Positions 26,366 to 36,383 of a DNA stretch of 53,690 nt are shown one piece after another (the stretch's first letter is position 1; the number at the start of each line of letters is the position of its first letter). Source of the stretch: a virus (taxonomy: Duplodnaviria > Caudoviricetes); the IMG/VR virus record IMGVR_UViG_3300037756_000111, positions 1 through 53,690 of that record. The stretch is one strand, 5' to 3'. Under the pieces are notes generated by a model. The model saw only the letters and a list, made by a program, of their open reading frames with translations, made no database searches and was not told the origin of the DNA. A program made the position numbers and the translations under genes.

Positions 26366-27403
26366 TCAGTCGAGCTTGATGAGGTGCTCGGATACGACAC
26401 CGAACCCGGGTTTGACCATGAGCAACCACTGACTTGGTTCCCCCGCTGCGGCTAACTGCTCAGCAGCATAAGGATTATGACTCTCGGTCGAACCGTTAAT
26501 CCAGAGTCGAACCCCGTTCACATACATCGACACTGGGGTATGGAAATGGCCTGCGGCCACATAATCGAAGGTCATCTGGTCCCAGATCCGTCCCATCATC
26601 GACCACGCCATGACTTTGCGGGTCCACCCATACCATGGAATACCGTTATAACCTTTGACCTGGTTGCCGTGACAGAGCATGAAGCGACACTTGGGTCCTA
26701 GGTCTGCCGGCATCCACCAGTCGAGCGACACATCCCACGACATATGCTTAACGTCCTGAGTCAGCATCGACACCACCTGATACAACATCCGATCAGCATT
26801 CGACTCGGGGTGCATGTCCTTGCGAGCCCTGCCCCCTAGATAACCATGGTTGCCAGGCACAGCAAACACGTCCACTTTAGGGAACGCGGCTGCCATTCTT
26901 CTAGTGAAGTTCCCGAGGATCCGCGGTCCATCCACAGTGACCTGTCGATATAGCGAAGCATCTATCTGCCAGGACTGACCAGGGAAGATCAACTCTCCCT
27001 CAACCATATCCCCCACCAAAAAAACAGCCAGGCGGTCCACTGGACGTACCTGGCGTTGATCATCTATCGACTTGATCAACTTGTCTGCGTAAACCTCCAT
27101 GCGAGACTCGCAAATAGCCGAGTCATAGGACGGCGTGAGCTTCCCAAGCTGCCAGTCTGACAGAACTGCTACCCCTATCTCAGCACTCTTGGACTTAGTG
27201 GATTTAGGTGGCGGCTTGATGGGAGAAAGTTCAAGTGAAGCAAGTCCGGACAAAATAGCTGAATGCACCGCCTCGGAGATCGCCTCGGTCTTAGCCTTCT
27301 CCTTGTCAAGGGCGCGGGAAAGTCGGTCAACCTCTTTCTTGAGATCCTTCACCCGATCATCTGCAGCATCGGCGACAAGCTGTGCTACATCAGGGCCAGA
27401 CAC
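26366..27403 (-). CDS. Calcineurin-like metallophosphoesterase with N-terminal coiled coil
   Basis: SDWQLG, GDMVEG, GNHG, CHG, GHFH. Confidence 0.88.
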   Translation of the reverse strand: MSGPDVAQLVADAADDRVKDLKKEVDRLSRALDKEKAKTEAISEAVHSAILSGLASLELSPIKPPPKSTKSKSAEIGVAVLSDWQLGKLTPSYDSAICESRMEVYADKLIKSIDDQRQVRPVDRLAVFLVGDMVEGELIFPGQSWQIDASLYRQVTVDGPRILGNFTRRMAAAFPKVDVFAVPGNHGYLGGRARKDMHPESNADRMLYQVVSMLTQDVKHMSWDVSLDWWMPADLGPKCRFMLCHGNQVKGYNGIPWYGWTRKVMAWSMMGRIWDQMTFDYVAAGHFHTPVSMYVNGVRLWINGSTESHNPYAAEQLAAAGEPSQWLLMVKPGFGVVSEHLIKLD

Positions 27404-27659
27404 ATTGACACTCTTTCGCGAAATGACGCTTGACTGTTGAGATATCAACATCTACCCCAAAATATTGGGACAGGTCCCGTCGAACCTGGGCTCTGTTGAC
27501 TGCCATAGGACGCTCGCTCTCGATCCGATGAAGAGCATCTAGATATTCCAGAGCAGGTTTCGGCAGGGTAAAGACCCAACATCGACTGCCAGAAGGCCGC
27601 CTCGACTGTGCGGACTTGACCAAATCTTCTAAAGAAGGCATCTTCGGCTGCCCTGTCAT
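27390..27659 (-). CDS. Small putative DNA-binding protein
   Basis: C...ISTVKRHFAKECQC; immediately upstream of the phosphoesterase. Confidence 0.65.
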   Translation of the reverse strand: MTGQPKMPSLEDLVKSAQSRRPSGSRCWVFTLPKPALEYLDALHRIESERPMAVNRAQVRRDLSQYFGVDVDISTVKRHFAKECQCVWP

Positions 27660-27690
27660 CTGGGGATACCTTACCAGTCTCAACCGAACA

Positions 27691-29988
27691 TCAATGCCAA
27701 ATCGAGAACTGAACGTCGTCCCCATTGGTCGTAGGCGACCCCGTCACCAAGACTTCTACCGTACAAACAGCCCCCGCGTGGAGGGTAGGCAAAATTAACT
27801 GCCACTCAAATTTGTCCACTCGAACGGTAGTTCCAGTCACTAACTCCACTTCAAACTCTATATCGGCAACTCCATCTGCCTCGAATTCGAGCTCAAACGC
27901 TGGCGTGTAGCTAGGGCGGGACTGAGCAACCGTCATTGAGGCCAAGACAGTGGGCCCGTTGGCATCTATGACCGACAGAAGTACCGCGTCAGCATCGGTG
28001 GGGGCTACATAGAACAGAGCCGTATAGACCCCTGTATCGAGCACCCCGACAGGCCAATTAACAGTATCGGTACCAGTCAACTCGGTGGCATCGCCATTGC
28101 TGGCCTGAGCATCTGAAACGTCCACCCCCGTGGACACTGCAGGCGCATCTTCAGCCTCTTGAGAATCCTCGAGAAGTAGAGGAGCTTCCCACGAGTGATA
28201 CTGAACCGTCGTCTGAACATCCAGATCGACAATGGTCGGGCCGTGGCCCCGGACTAACCGTTCGACCGAACCCGTACCAATAAGTCCAGCATCGTTCATC
28301 TGAAGGATGGGGACAACCGTCCCGCCAGGGTCAACCCAAGTAATGACCCACGGGTCTATTTCGGTGCCAGTACCTGTCACAGTGACATCTACGATCGACG
28401 TGATATCAGTCTCCAAACGAGTGGCAAGCGTCGCCCCCGTATCGTCAAACATGATGGCATTCGTCTCATCTACACCATCGCTCAAGGTGAAATCACCACC
28501 ATCCGACCCTTCGATCAAGGTCGTCACCGTTATGGTTCCCGAAATATCGACCGTACCGGTCATTTCCGGGACGTTCTGACCTCCTGGATCAGAGAACTCC
28601 ACACTCCAGGTGCGGGTACCGGTCAAGTTTACAAACACCTCAGTGATATTGGTAAGTGCCTCGAGAGCATCCTTGATCTCAGTCACAGTCGGAGCTGCAG
28701 GGATGGTGGCAGTGGTCTCGCCGTCAAAAGTCAGCGTCCAAGTATTGGCCGCGGCCGACTTGACCACCTGTTGAACCTCGTTGCGAGGCTGCGTGTCCAC
28801 CCAAACCTGTTGTACCTCATCGGCAATATCGTCATCTGAAACTCGGATCGTCACAAAGTTGCTGCCATCTACTCCGGTCGGAGCGAGCAGAAAGAACGCC
28901 TCAAGCTTCGTGAGAAGCATGTCATACTGCGGGGAGAACTGGTTGTAGTCTTGAACCGCAAGGGTTCCCGGCAAATAGGTGTAATGCTGACTGACCGCGA
29001 GGGGAGCCAACGCCGAAGGCAATCTACTCCCACCTTCAGCAAACGCCGTGGAAGCATCAATCTGGGGCACCGTGGGCGGAATAGCAGTCTGTTGAAGCGG
29101 GATGCCAGGCCCCAGAACAGCGCCAACGTCCGTATAGGTAGTGACGAGAACGGACCCGCCCTCCGTAACCGTATCGGATACCGTGGCAACCAAACTGTTC
29201 GCTGGGAAGGTGATAGACGCCTCAGTGCGGTAGATCCGCCAGCTGAGAACCCTGGTATCTAGGGGCAACTCAGAGGCTGGGATGGCCACCGTGACCGAAT
29301 TGCTCGAGTTGGTCGTATTGACCGTCGGACGACGCTTCGTGCAATCCGGACTGGCCGTCCCGTCATCTAAGTAATTCGTCTCTGTGGCCAACACTGTCGC
29401 CAACAGCCAGTAGTCCGTCTCATCTGGCGCTCTGCGGTATATCTTCCACCCCGTAGCCTCATCAGGAGGAGTCCCGAAGGTCAAAGTGATCGTGTTGGTA
29501 TTGGTACCTGTCGGTACAACCACCGTAAGAATATTGGGCGCTGGCGTCTGCGCGCTAGTTCCCTGGTAGTACGAAAGGGCATAGCGATAAGTGCCAGGAA
29601 TCAGAGTGCCTCCCGTAGTGGCTACCACCGCCGAAGGGATTGGCGGTGGAGTCAACGGAGAGGGCGTCGAGACCGGCCCTGTCGTGGAGGCTTGAGTCTC
29701 GTTGCCGTCAGCATCCACATAAGAAAACTTGTAGTAGAAGGTCCGGCCACCAGGCAGAGTGCCCGATGTGCCTAGCGTCAGGTCGGGGAATACCAGCGAG
29801 GCTGGGCCCTGGAGCGAGGACACCTCATCTGAGCCACGGTGATCATGATTGAACAACGTGAACAGAAGGGCATCTATCAAATCCCTGTCCTTGGACGAGA
29901 ACTGACTCCCATCATCAGTGATCGCTCCCGGAGGGAATTTCTTGAAACCGAAGTTGGTGGTATTGGGCATTATTCTCCTGAATATCAA
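27691..29988 (-). CDS. Minor tail/fibre protein with repeated beta-rich domains
   Basis: Repeated YYKFSY/YRYALSY...WKIYR/WRIYR units and two EVQQV units; Thr/Gly-rich. Confidence 0.75.
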   Translation of the reverse strand: MIFRRIMPNTTNFGFKKFPPGAITDDGSQFSSKDRDLIDALLFTLFNHDHRGSDEVSSLQGPASLVFPDLTLGTSGTLPGGRTFYYKFSYVDADGNETQASTTGPVSTPSPLTPPPIPSAVVATTGGTLIPGTYRYALSYYQGTSAQTPAPNILTVVVPTGTNTNTITLTFGTPPDEATGWKIYRRAPDETDYWLLATVLATETNYLDDGTASPDCTKRRPTVNTTNSSNSVTVAIPASELPLDTRVLSWRIYRTEASITFPANSLVATVSDTVTEGGSVLVTTYTDVGAVLGPGIPLQQTAIPPTVPQIDASTAFAEGGSRLPSALAPLAVSQHYTYLPGTLAVQDYNQFSPQYDMLLTKLEAFFLLAPTGVDGSNFVTIRVSDDDIADEVQQVWVDTQPRNEVQQVVKSAAANTWTLTFDGETTATIPAAPTVTEIKDALEALTNITEVFVNLTGTRTWSVEFSDPGGQNVPEMTGTVDISGTITVTTLIEGSDGGDFTLSDGVDETNAIMFDDTGATLATRLETDITSIVDVTVTGTGTEIDPWVITWVDPGGTVVPILQMNDAGLIGTGSVERLVRGHGPTIVDLDVQTTVQYHSWEAPLLLEDSQEAEDAPAVSTGVDVSDAQASNGDATELTGTDTVNWPVGVLDTGVYTALFYVAPTDADAVLLSVIDANGPTVLASMTVAQSRPSYTPAFELEFEADGVADIEFEVELVTGTTVRVDKFEWQLILPTLHAGAVCTVEVLVTGSPTTNGDDVQFSIWH

Positions 29989-30401
29989 ACGATAGCGTTG
30001 GTACCGAGCAGGGTCGGGTTCTTAAACGACGTTCCTTCGAAATAAGTCCTGTATCTAATACGGTAAGCAGTCGCAGCTATACCCTGGACCCACACCAAAG
30101 CCCCGATATAATAAGGTGCCTTCTCCGGCTCCTCTATGCCGTCGTTAGTGGTACGCCACTCCTTCACCCCCGCCGACACAGCTGGATAATCGCCCTCTAT
30201 GAGGACCTCTCCCTCCTGAAGCTCAACCCCAAGCTGGAAGAAGGGCTGGCCCTCGAAGGCCAACTTAAAGGATATCTCCAGTTCGATTACTTCAGGCGAA
30301 AGAAATAAATCATGAACGTTCTCAACCCTCTCGGGAACTGCCCAAGTGCCACGATCAAGTTCCTGCTTGTTATTAGCAGTACGAATCCCTGGATAGATCA
30401 T
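29985..30401 (-). CDS. Minor tail protein
   Basis: Position; resembles the N-terminal domain of 32000-33064. Confidence 0.65.
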   Translation of the reverse strand: MIYPGIRTANNKQELDRGTWAVPERVENVHDLFLSPEVIELEISFKLAFEGQPFFQLGVELQEGEVLIEGDYPAVSAGVKEWRTTNDGIEEPEKAPYYIGALVWVQGIAATAYRIRYRTYFEGTSFKNPTLLGTNAIV

Positions 30402-31300
30402 GCCGCCGCCACCCCCAACACAAAATTATCAGCATCCACATGCACCAAACCGCTACCGATAACAGGGTTGCCATGGATGAAAGTCCACTCAACCGTAACC
30501 GCATAAGCACCAACCGGTGCAACTTGAACACGGTCATAAGTCACATATGAAGTCGTGAGGGTGACCTGACTTATGGCGTTGCCAGTGGGGGTGGCCACTC
30601 CTGTCTGAATGGCTACCCCGTCTACGTCGCGCCACGTCATCGAAGCTTGAACCCGAGGATAATTTATACTGCCAACCGTGTAATTCCGATTGCTCATGAC
30701 TCGCGCTGTGGTGGTGACCACATCACCCTCCACTAGAAACGCCGCCGCGCCAATCTGAAGACCATTCGCCATATGAGGTATCAACGAACACCAATACGCT
30801 GGCTGAGGGTAGACACTCCGGCTGATACCCACTGTTGCCGTGTCGGGGTCTTCGGTCAGCCGAAGATGCTTGGTCCCAGTGTCGGGATTCTCAGCCGATA
30901 CGTATGGCACCCACTTCCGACCCGCCTTCGGACCACTATTGAAGAACGCTGAATCTGCATGGCTACTGGCCCCAAAGACAGTGAACGTCTGGCCGACTCT
31001 TGATTTGTAAACAATGTTGTCAGCAGTAAGCGGAAAAACATCGGGAGCCTCGATCAGCTGGATACCTTCAGACGAAGCATCGGGAAACGCTCCCGTCTGT
31101 AACTCATGACCAATATACTCATCAAGCTGGTGACTCTCCACCCCACCATCGGGCAAGATGTTCTCACCATAAACAATCGGCTCGTTACAACAGCCCGACA
31201 TGATGATCGGATCCTCCGGAGCCACGGGAGCCAGGGCACGTACCGCCGCATATCCTCTATAAGTTTCACCAATAAACCGGAAGGTCATATCAAGGGTCAC
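30398..31300 (-). CDS. Tail-tip protein with carbohydrate-binding-like module, paralogue 3
   Basis: GENILPDGG, GTKHLR, APVGAY, VDADNFVLGVA. Confidence 0.7.
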   Translation of the reverse strand: MTLDMTFRFIGETYRGYAAVRALAPVAPEDPIIMSGCCNEPIVYGENILPDGGVESHQLDEYIGHELQTGAFPDASSEGIQLIEAPDVFPLTADNIVYKSRVGQTFTVFGASSHADSAFFNSGPKAGRKWVPYVSAENPDTGTKHLRLTEDPDTATVGISRSVYPQPAYWCSLIPHMANGLQIGAAAFLVEGDVVTTTARVMSNRNYTVGSINYPRVQASMTWRDVDGVAIQTGVATPTGNAISQVTLTTSYVTYDRVQVAPVGAYAVTVEWTFIHGNPVIGSGLVHVDADNFVLGVAAA

Positions 31301-32000
31301 CAGCTACCCCCAAACTAAAAGTGTCAGCATCAATCTGGCATGTCGAGTTGGGGAAGTTATAAGACAACCGCGTGGTAGTCAGACAGTAATAAGCACCAAA
31401 CGGAGCAAGCTCGGTCCACGAATACTGGGTATAGACAGAGGCCAAGGGTTGGTTGCTAGAAAAGAAACTCGAAAAAGGAATCTCTGCAAAAGTCGAGTCG
31501 AACCACGTGATAATGGTTGATATGAACGGGATGCCACCCGACTCCAAGCCAACATGACGCCACTTTGAAGACCAGGTAACCACATCCCCTTGCTGCACCC
31601 TGGCTGAATACATACGAAACCGATTCCGACAAGACCGACCCCCTAAGGCATACAAATAGTGAGGTCCGCTACCAGCAACACTTGCCTGATTCAGGCGCGC
31701 ATGATAGGTACCCGCTTCAGGACCCACGGTCGATAAATTCCAATGTCTTGCAAAGCTCTGACCCCATCCAACTACGTCAGGAGCGCAAGTCTTATCAGAC
31801 CACGTCAGTGCTGGGAAGCACCACGGCACCGGCAAATCCGCAGCCAGATAACCACTGATCGAGGTCACATCAGCGTTGTAAAACGGAATGTCATCGCCGC
31901 CCGGACCCCCACCACCCGAAAGCGTCAGGTGATTCTCGAATCCAGGGTCGCGCAAGATGTTCTCGCCCAATATCCGAGGTTCAGCAATCAAAACTGCCAT
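31290..32000 (-). CDS. Tail-tip protein, paralogue 2
   Basis: GENILRDPGFE, GTYHAR, APFGAY, IDADTFSLGVA. Confidence 0.7.
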   Translation of the reverse strand: MAVLIAEPRILGENILRDPGFENHLTLSGGGGPGGDDIPFYNADVTSISGYLAADLPVPWCFPALTWSDKTCAPDVVGWGQSFARHWNLSTVGPEAGTYHARLNQASVAGSGPHYLYALGGRSCRNRFRMYSARVQQGDVVTWSSKWRHVGLESGGIPFISTIITWFDSTFAEIPFSSFFSSNQPLASVYTQYSWTELAPFGAYYCLTTTRLSYNFPNSTCQIDADTFSLGVAGDP

Positions 32001-33064
32001 CAAGCTATCTCCACTTTGCAATCAATGATGTCAACCACGAAATTCCCAGTCCCTGGCGCGACATTGAACACCCACACCGGCCTTGTGAATGCCCACTCAG
32101 ACACGACGTTGCCGTCAGCCGTAGGACCGCCTGCCGGAACGACGTAGCTATAGGTATGAAGGGTGTAGTCGCTGGACACAGGAAGGACTATCGGGTCGGA
32201 ATAGCTCCACGGATCAGGTGTCTGCTGATAATCCCCCGCCTCATCGAAAATGTCGAAACCTTGCCAAAAATGGACCGTGTCTGAAGCTACAGAGAGACTG
32301 ACATAAGAGTCAACGGTCAACACCTGACCCGTCTCGATCCTAGTCAATAACCACTGGGCTTCCACCGCTGCGCCCTGAGGATAGGGTATACCGCAAAATA
32401 ACTGGCCACCGGCTATCAGAATCGGCGGTGAATCCTCATACCCCACCCACGGGAGGCTCGGGAAGTTGTCTTCGATCCATTGAGACCTCAAATGCCTGGT
32501 ACCGCCGCCCGGTCGTGGGTGAACAGTCGAAATTGCCCAACCAGGACTCGGATTGGACGAAAAATCCTGGGACGTAAACCAGATACCCTTCTGATCATCG
32601 GGTAGCGACCCATCCGAATACTGAAGCTGTCTGCCGAAACCAAACTCCCCGACGTTGGGTATCTCGGTACCAGACGGACCCCCCCCAACACTCTCAAACC
32701 CTGGATCGGGAAGCACGTCGCCAACTAGGGCCAGCACTTCGCAATCGTCAACAAGCGGAGGACACCCGTCACAAGGAATCTTGATCCAGATGCGACAACC
32801 GATGTAAGCCCCAAACTCGTCAATGATCCAGTTGGCTATCCCCACCGTTGCCGCGGGCGGTACGTCCCATCCGTCGATGATGGTCATATCCCAATCAAGG
32901 TCTGGCACCGCCTCAAAAGCACGATCGAAATACACTTCACGGGTTAGGAACTCCCCCCCGCCATATACCCGAGAGACATAAGGGCGCTGAGTCAGCCCAG
33001 ACCAATTATTCCGATCCAGAGATTGCTTCTCCTGAACAGTGCGAACATTGCTATATGACCTCAT
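32000..33064 (-). CDS. Tail-tip protein, paralogue 1
   Basis: ATG 33064 overlaps the Tal stop; GDVLPDPGFE, GTRHLR. Confidence 0.7.
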   Translation of the reverse strand: MRSYSNVRTVQEKQSLDRNNWSGLTQRPYVSRVYGGGEFLTREVYFDRAFEAVPDLDWDMTIIDGWDVPPAATVGIANWIIDEFGAYIGCRIWIKIPCDGCPPLVDDCEVLALVGDVLPDPGFESVGGGPSGTEIPNVGEFGFGRQLQYSDGSLPDDQKGIWFTSQDFSSNPSPGWAISTVHPRPGGGTRHLRSQWIEDNFPSLPWVGYEDSPPILIAGGQLFCGIPYPQGAAVEAQWLLTRIETGQVLTVDSYVSLSVASDTVHFWQGFDIFDEAGDYQQTPDPWSYSDPIVLPVSSDYTLHTYSYVVPAGGPTADGNVVSEWAFTRPVWVFNVAPGTGNFVVDIIDCKVEIA

Positions 33065-36000
33065 CGAGTTACGCCAGTCTTGATATCGGCAGCAGTGCAA
33101 ACGATCTCGAGATGCATCCAGTCCTTCTTCGAAGTCCAGTTGCCACCCCACTCAAACACTTTCTGACCATTGACGGTACGAATCTCAGCCACCGCTCTCT
33201 GAGCGGCTGCTTTCCAGGCAGCGCTAACCAGAGACGACGCCTTGTTAACCGCGTTGTCGGTCCAGTTGACATCAATAGCTAGACCCCACGAGTGCACCGA
33301 CAGGACAGTCGTTCCCGAAATGTACCTGTAGTTATAGGCCCCGGTCTGACTGGGCTTGACGTAATAAAGCTCCTCGGCAATGATCTCTGACAACAACCTA
33401 AAGGCCGGGATGGCGAGAGCGTTGCAGGTTATGTTCACCGCTGAAACCTGGCTCACGCTCGTGTTTTCAGGCACCGGATAACCTATGGGAGGACTGTTAT
33501 ATAGATCCTGCCAGGGCACCATGAACGACAACGAAGTCTGATTGGACCCAGGCGCTCCCCAAGTAGCCCAGTAGAAAGCTTCGGAACGATTGACAACGGT
33601 CCCTCCACTCGAGCCGGATGGAGCAACCACATAGTCGCTGCCGTACAGGGCGGCCAGTTCCTCATCGGACATGGTGGCAATCGAAGTATTGATAGTGGGC
33701 AATCCTGGGAACAGGTCCGAAAAGTCATCCTCGACCCGATCCCATACATCAGTGTTGGCAAATTCTGGAAGTTCGAATATGGGTGGCGCTCCACCACCTC
33801 CACCATCAACTTCGATCTCTCCAATCGCTAAGAGGTAGGCATACAACGCAGGCGGCATATCTGCATAGGTATTGACCAGCCAGGTCCGATCAGGCCCCTC
33901 GCCCAACCAATGAGTGTCCATATCCATAAACCACGTGCCGTTCTGGAAGTCCATGGAGGAACTGACACCCTCTATGTAGTGGACAAACTGCTCGTGAGTA
34001 ATTCGCTCATAGATAGTCACCTGATCGTCGGGCATGAACGCGGGACAGCCCGGAATCCGTACCTTGTCCTTACGAAACGTCCAGTGAATCCACAAGGAGA
34101 TGAGATAGGCGAATTTATCGACCTCGGCCTGGGCGATGAAGGGGTAGTTAGGAACCAACATAACGCGATCCTGACCCGCTAAGAGGGCCGCATCTCCTTG
34201 CGGACCGATAGTCCCAGGAATAGCCAAATCAGCACTCCAGGAGGGCGTCAGGGCCGTGTAGAGGCTCCTGTCGCTGGACGACACCACGATAATCTCACTC
34301 CGCAGCGAGGCATCGTCCAGAACCACTCCAAGATCGAGGATCACTTTCCTCTCATCGAGCGTCCGGACAGAGTCCGAACCCACGAACCCCTGACCCAGAA
34401 CGTAATTCCCGGTACGCCAAATGTTAGGCATCCGACAAATCAGGCCCCCGGTAGCATCGCAATAGACAATGTACCCAAGGATCTCCTTGATCTGATTGAT
34501 ACCGTCCATCACGCTCTTGTTATCCCAGAAACTGGCAGGAATGCAAGGAGGGTCAACCGGATAGGCCCCCGAATTAAAGAAATCTCCCCAGATCCTCCCT
34601 ACTGGGTTACCGAATTCATTCAAAACAGGATCGGCAGGGGTACCGCCAGCCCAATAGAACCCAGCCCAACCAGCCAAGACCTTGATTATATCCACATAAT
34701 CGGTGATGTTACCCTCAACAAATTCGGTGGTGACTGTCGTCTCCGGGTCGCCTTCGCCTTCGAAGAAGGGATGATCGAAAACCTCAAGGCCATAGATCGA
34801 AGCGCGATAATAACCGTCGGACTCGACGTGGAGGTTTGTGAAAACCACCCTTATCTGCTCTGCGTAATACCGGTCGGGAAGAGTGATCCCAAACCAGGTT
34901 TCACTAGCAGGAACATTGATCGGTCCTGCCACATAGGCCATAGCCGAACCGTTGTTTAACGGCTCAGATGCCGTAGTGCCATACGGAATAGTGGCACTCC
35001 CCTGCCAGACACCACCCACCTTGACGCAAACATAAACCTGGTACCCGCCCCAGCGAGGACGAAACTGGACGAAGTTGATCGGATTGCCATTGGTATCGGC
35101 ACTGATCCATTCAAAGGACGGATAGTCGCAACAACTGAGATGGTGACGAGAGAGCCAATAACTGGTCCAGTCGCCATCGAAGACATGAGAAGCCCGATGG
35201 CCGAACATGGAATCGTTCCAAACACCAGTCACATACCCCACTGACGAGTCATAGTCTTCGAAGTTGTGGAACCCTACATTGACACTGGCTGGATCATTGG
35301 GGTCAACCGTCACGGGAACATCCACGAAATGGTCAGCGCAAAACTCCAATGGGTAGTAATCGAGAGGAATCACAGGTGGGTACAGGCGCTGCTCGATAGC
35401 CAGCTTCAAGAAGTCCCGACACGTAATCGTGATATCTCCAGAAGCTGTCAACTCGACGCGATCTATCAGCCAAGAACCCGTAAGCACCTGGCGCGTATCG
35501 TTCCAAGGATTGGCCGCACCATCGGTCCCATAGCCCTGCCAAGTCCTGATGACCCTGTTGGGAATCAGCATGTCAACCCAAGTAGTGCTCATGGCATATG
35601 CCCAACCAACTTGATTGGTAGCGTTGACACCCCTACGGAAGGTAAAGAATCCAGGATGACCAAGATCGCGCAACTCACGGACCGTACGACCATCACCAAC
35701 AGGCAGCGACAATCCCCCATCGGTAAGATCGAGATTCTGCATAGGATCTACGGGGATATTGTTCTTAATGACCAACGTCATCTGAGCCGCGTCAGTACCA
35801 AGACGGCGATCAATGGTGAGACTCTTCAAAACAGCCTGTGGAAATTCAATCTGAGGCTCGTCTTGAAGAATCATGGTCTTCATCTTCTCGTCGGGTCGGA
35901 GCAAAGCCTTCTGGACCGTGACGCGCGCATAAGGACGATTAGGGCCGGTGAAATCACCGGCCTCCCAAATATCCCAGAGGTCAATGGGCATGCCTTGCAT
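33061..36000 (-). CDS. Baseplate hub/Tal protein with discoidin-like insert and C-terminal M15 peptidase
   Basis: Follows Dit; HVFDGDWTSYW; R...SVHSWGLAIDVN...WGGNW...DWMHLE. Confidence 0.85.
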   Translation of the reverse strand: MQGMPIDLWDIWEAGDFTGPNRPYARVTVQKALLRPDEKMKTMILQDEPQIEFPQAVLKSLTIDRRLGTDAAQMTLVIKNNIPVDPMQNLDLTDGGLSLPVGDGRTVRELRDLGHPGFFTFRRGVNATNQVGWAYAMSTTWVDMLIPNRVIRTWQGYGTDGAANPWNDTRQVLTGSWLIDRVELTASGDITITCRDFLKLAIEQRLYPPVIPLDYYPLEFCADHFVDVPVTVDPNDPASVNVGFHNFEDYDSSVGYVTGVWNDSMFGHRASHVFDGDWTSYWLSRHHLSCCDYPSFEWISADTNGNPINFVQFRPRWGGYQVYVCVKVGGVWQGSATIPYGTTASEPLNNGSAMAYVAGPINVPASETWFGITLPDRYYAEQIRVVFTNLHVESDGYYRASIYGLEVFDHPFFEGEGDPETTVTTEFVEGNITDYVDIIKVLAGWAGFYWAGGTPADPVLNEFGNPVGRIWGDFFNSGAYPVDPPCIPASFWDNKSVMDGINQIKEILGYIVYCDATGGLICRMPNIWRTGNYVLGQGFVGSDSVRTLDERKVILDLGVVLDDASLRSEIIVVSSSDRSLYTALTPSWSADLAIPGTIGPQGDAALLAGQDRVMLVPNYPFIAQAEVDKFAYLISLWIHWTFRKDKVRIPGCPAFMPDDQVTIYERITHEQFVHYIEGVSSSMDFQNGTWFMDMDTHWLGEGPDRTWLVNTYADMPPALYAYLLAIGEIEVDGGGGGAPPIFELPEFANTDVWDRVEDDFSDLFPGLPTINTSIATMSDEELAALYGSDYVVAPSGSSGGTVVNRSEAFYWATWGAPGSNQTSLSFMVPWQDLYNSPPIGYPVPENTSVSQVSAVNITCNALAIPAFRLLSEIIAEELYYVKPSQTGAYNYRYISGTTVLSVHSWGLAIDVNWTDNAVNKASSLVSAAWKAAAQRAVAEIRTVNGQKVFEWGGNWTSKKDWMHLEIVCTAADIKTGVTR

Positions 36001-36383
36001 CAGCCCACCACTAAGAATTCAATGGTGTAGTCATAGCGATGAGGATGAACAGCCCTGCGCAACCGCTTCCACGTAATCTCGGTAATGATGATGATCCAAC
36101 TGTTGTTGAGGTCGTCTGTCAAGACCAATGGATACCACTTCGAAGCCCAAATATCCAGATCACTGAACTGCTGGGACGAATTGACCAGCCCAGTCATCGA
36201 GCCACGACGAACCTGATCTCTCCCCTGAAACAGGACCGGGGCGCCATTGGCCGCCACCGCCATCTCCTCCTTAATGTTCGCACGACGATTGGGCGGGTCG
36301 AACTCATTGGGGTTCACCACCATCTCCAGCACGACCGGAGTCCCAGTGCTGTTATCGGTCAAGGTCCAAGCTATACGAGCCAT
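36000..36383 (-). CDS. Distal tail (Dit)-like protein
   Basis: Small beta-rich ORF after the tape measure; VNP...YDYTIEF. Confidence 0.7.
   Translation of the reverse strand: MARIAWTLTDNSTGTPVVLEMVVNPNEFDPPNRRANIKEEMAVAANGAPVLFQGRDQVRRGSMTGLVNSSQQFSDLDIWASKWYPLVLTDDLNNSWIIIITEITWKRLRRAVHPHRYDYTIEFLVVG

Noticed and set aside
26264-26455. Extra + strand ORF after the methylase cassette
   Set aside because: Overlaps the phosphoesterase end by 90 nt on the opposite strand; support is too weak to call.
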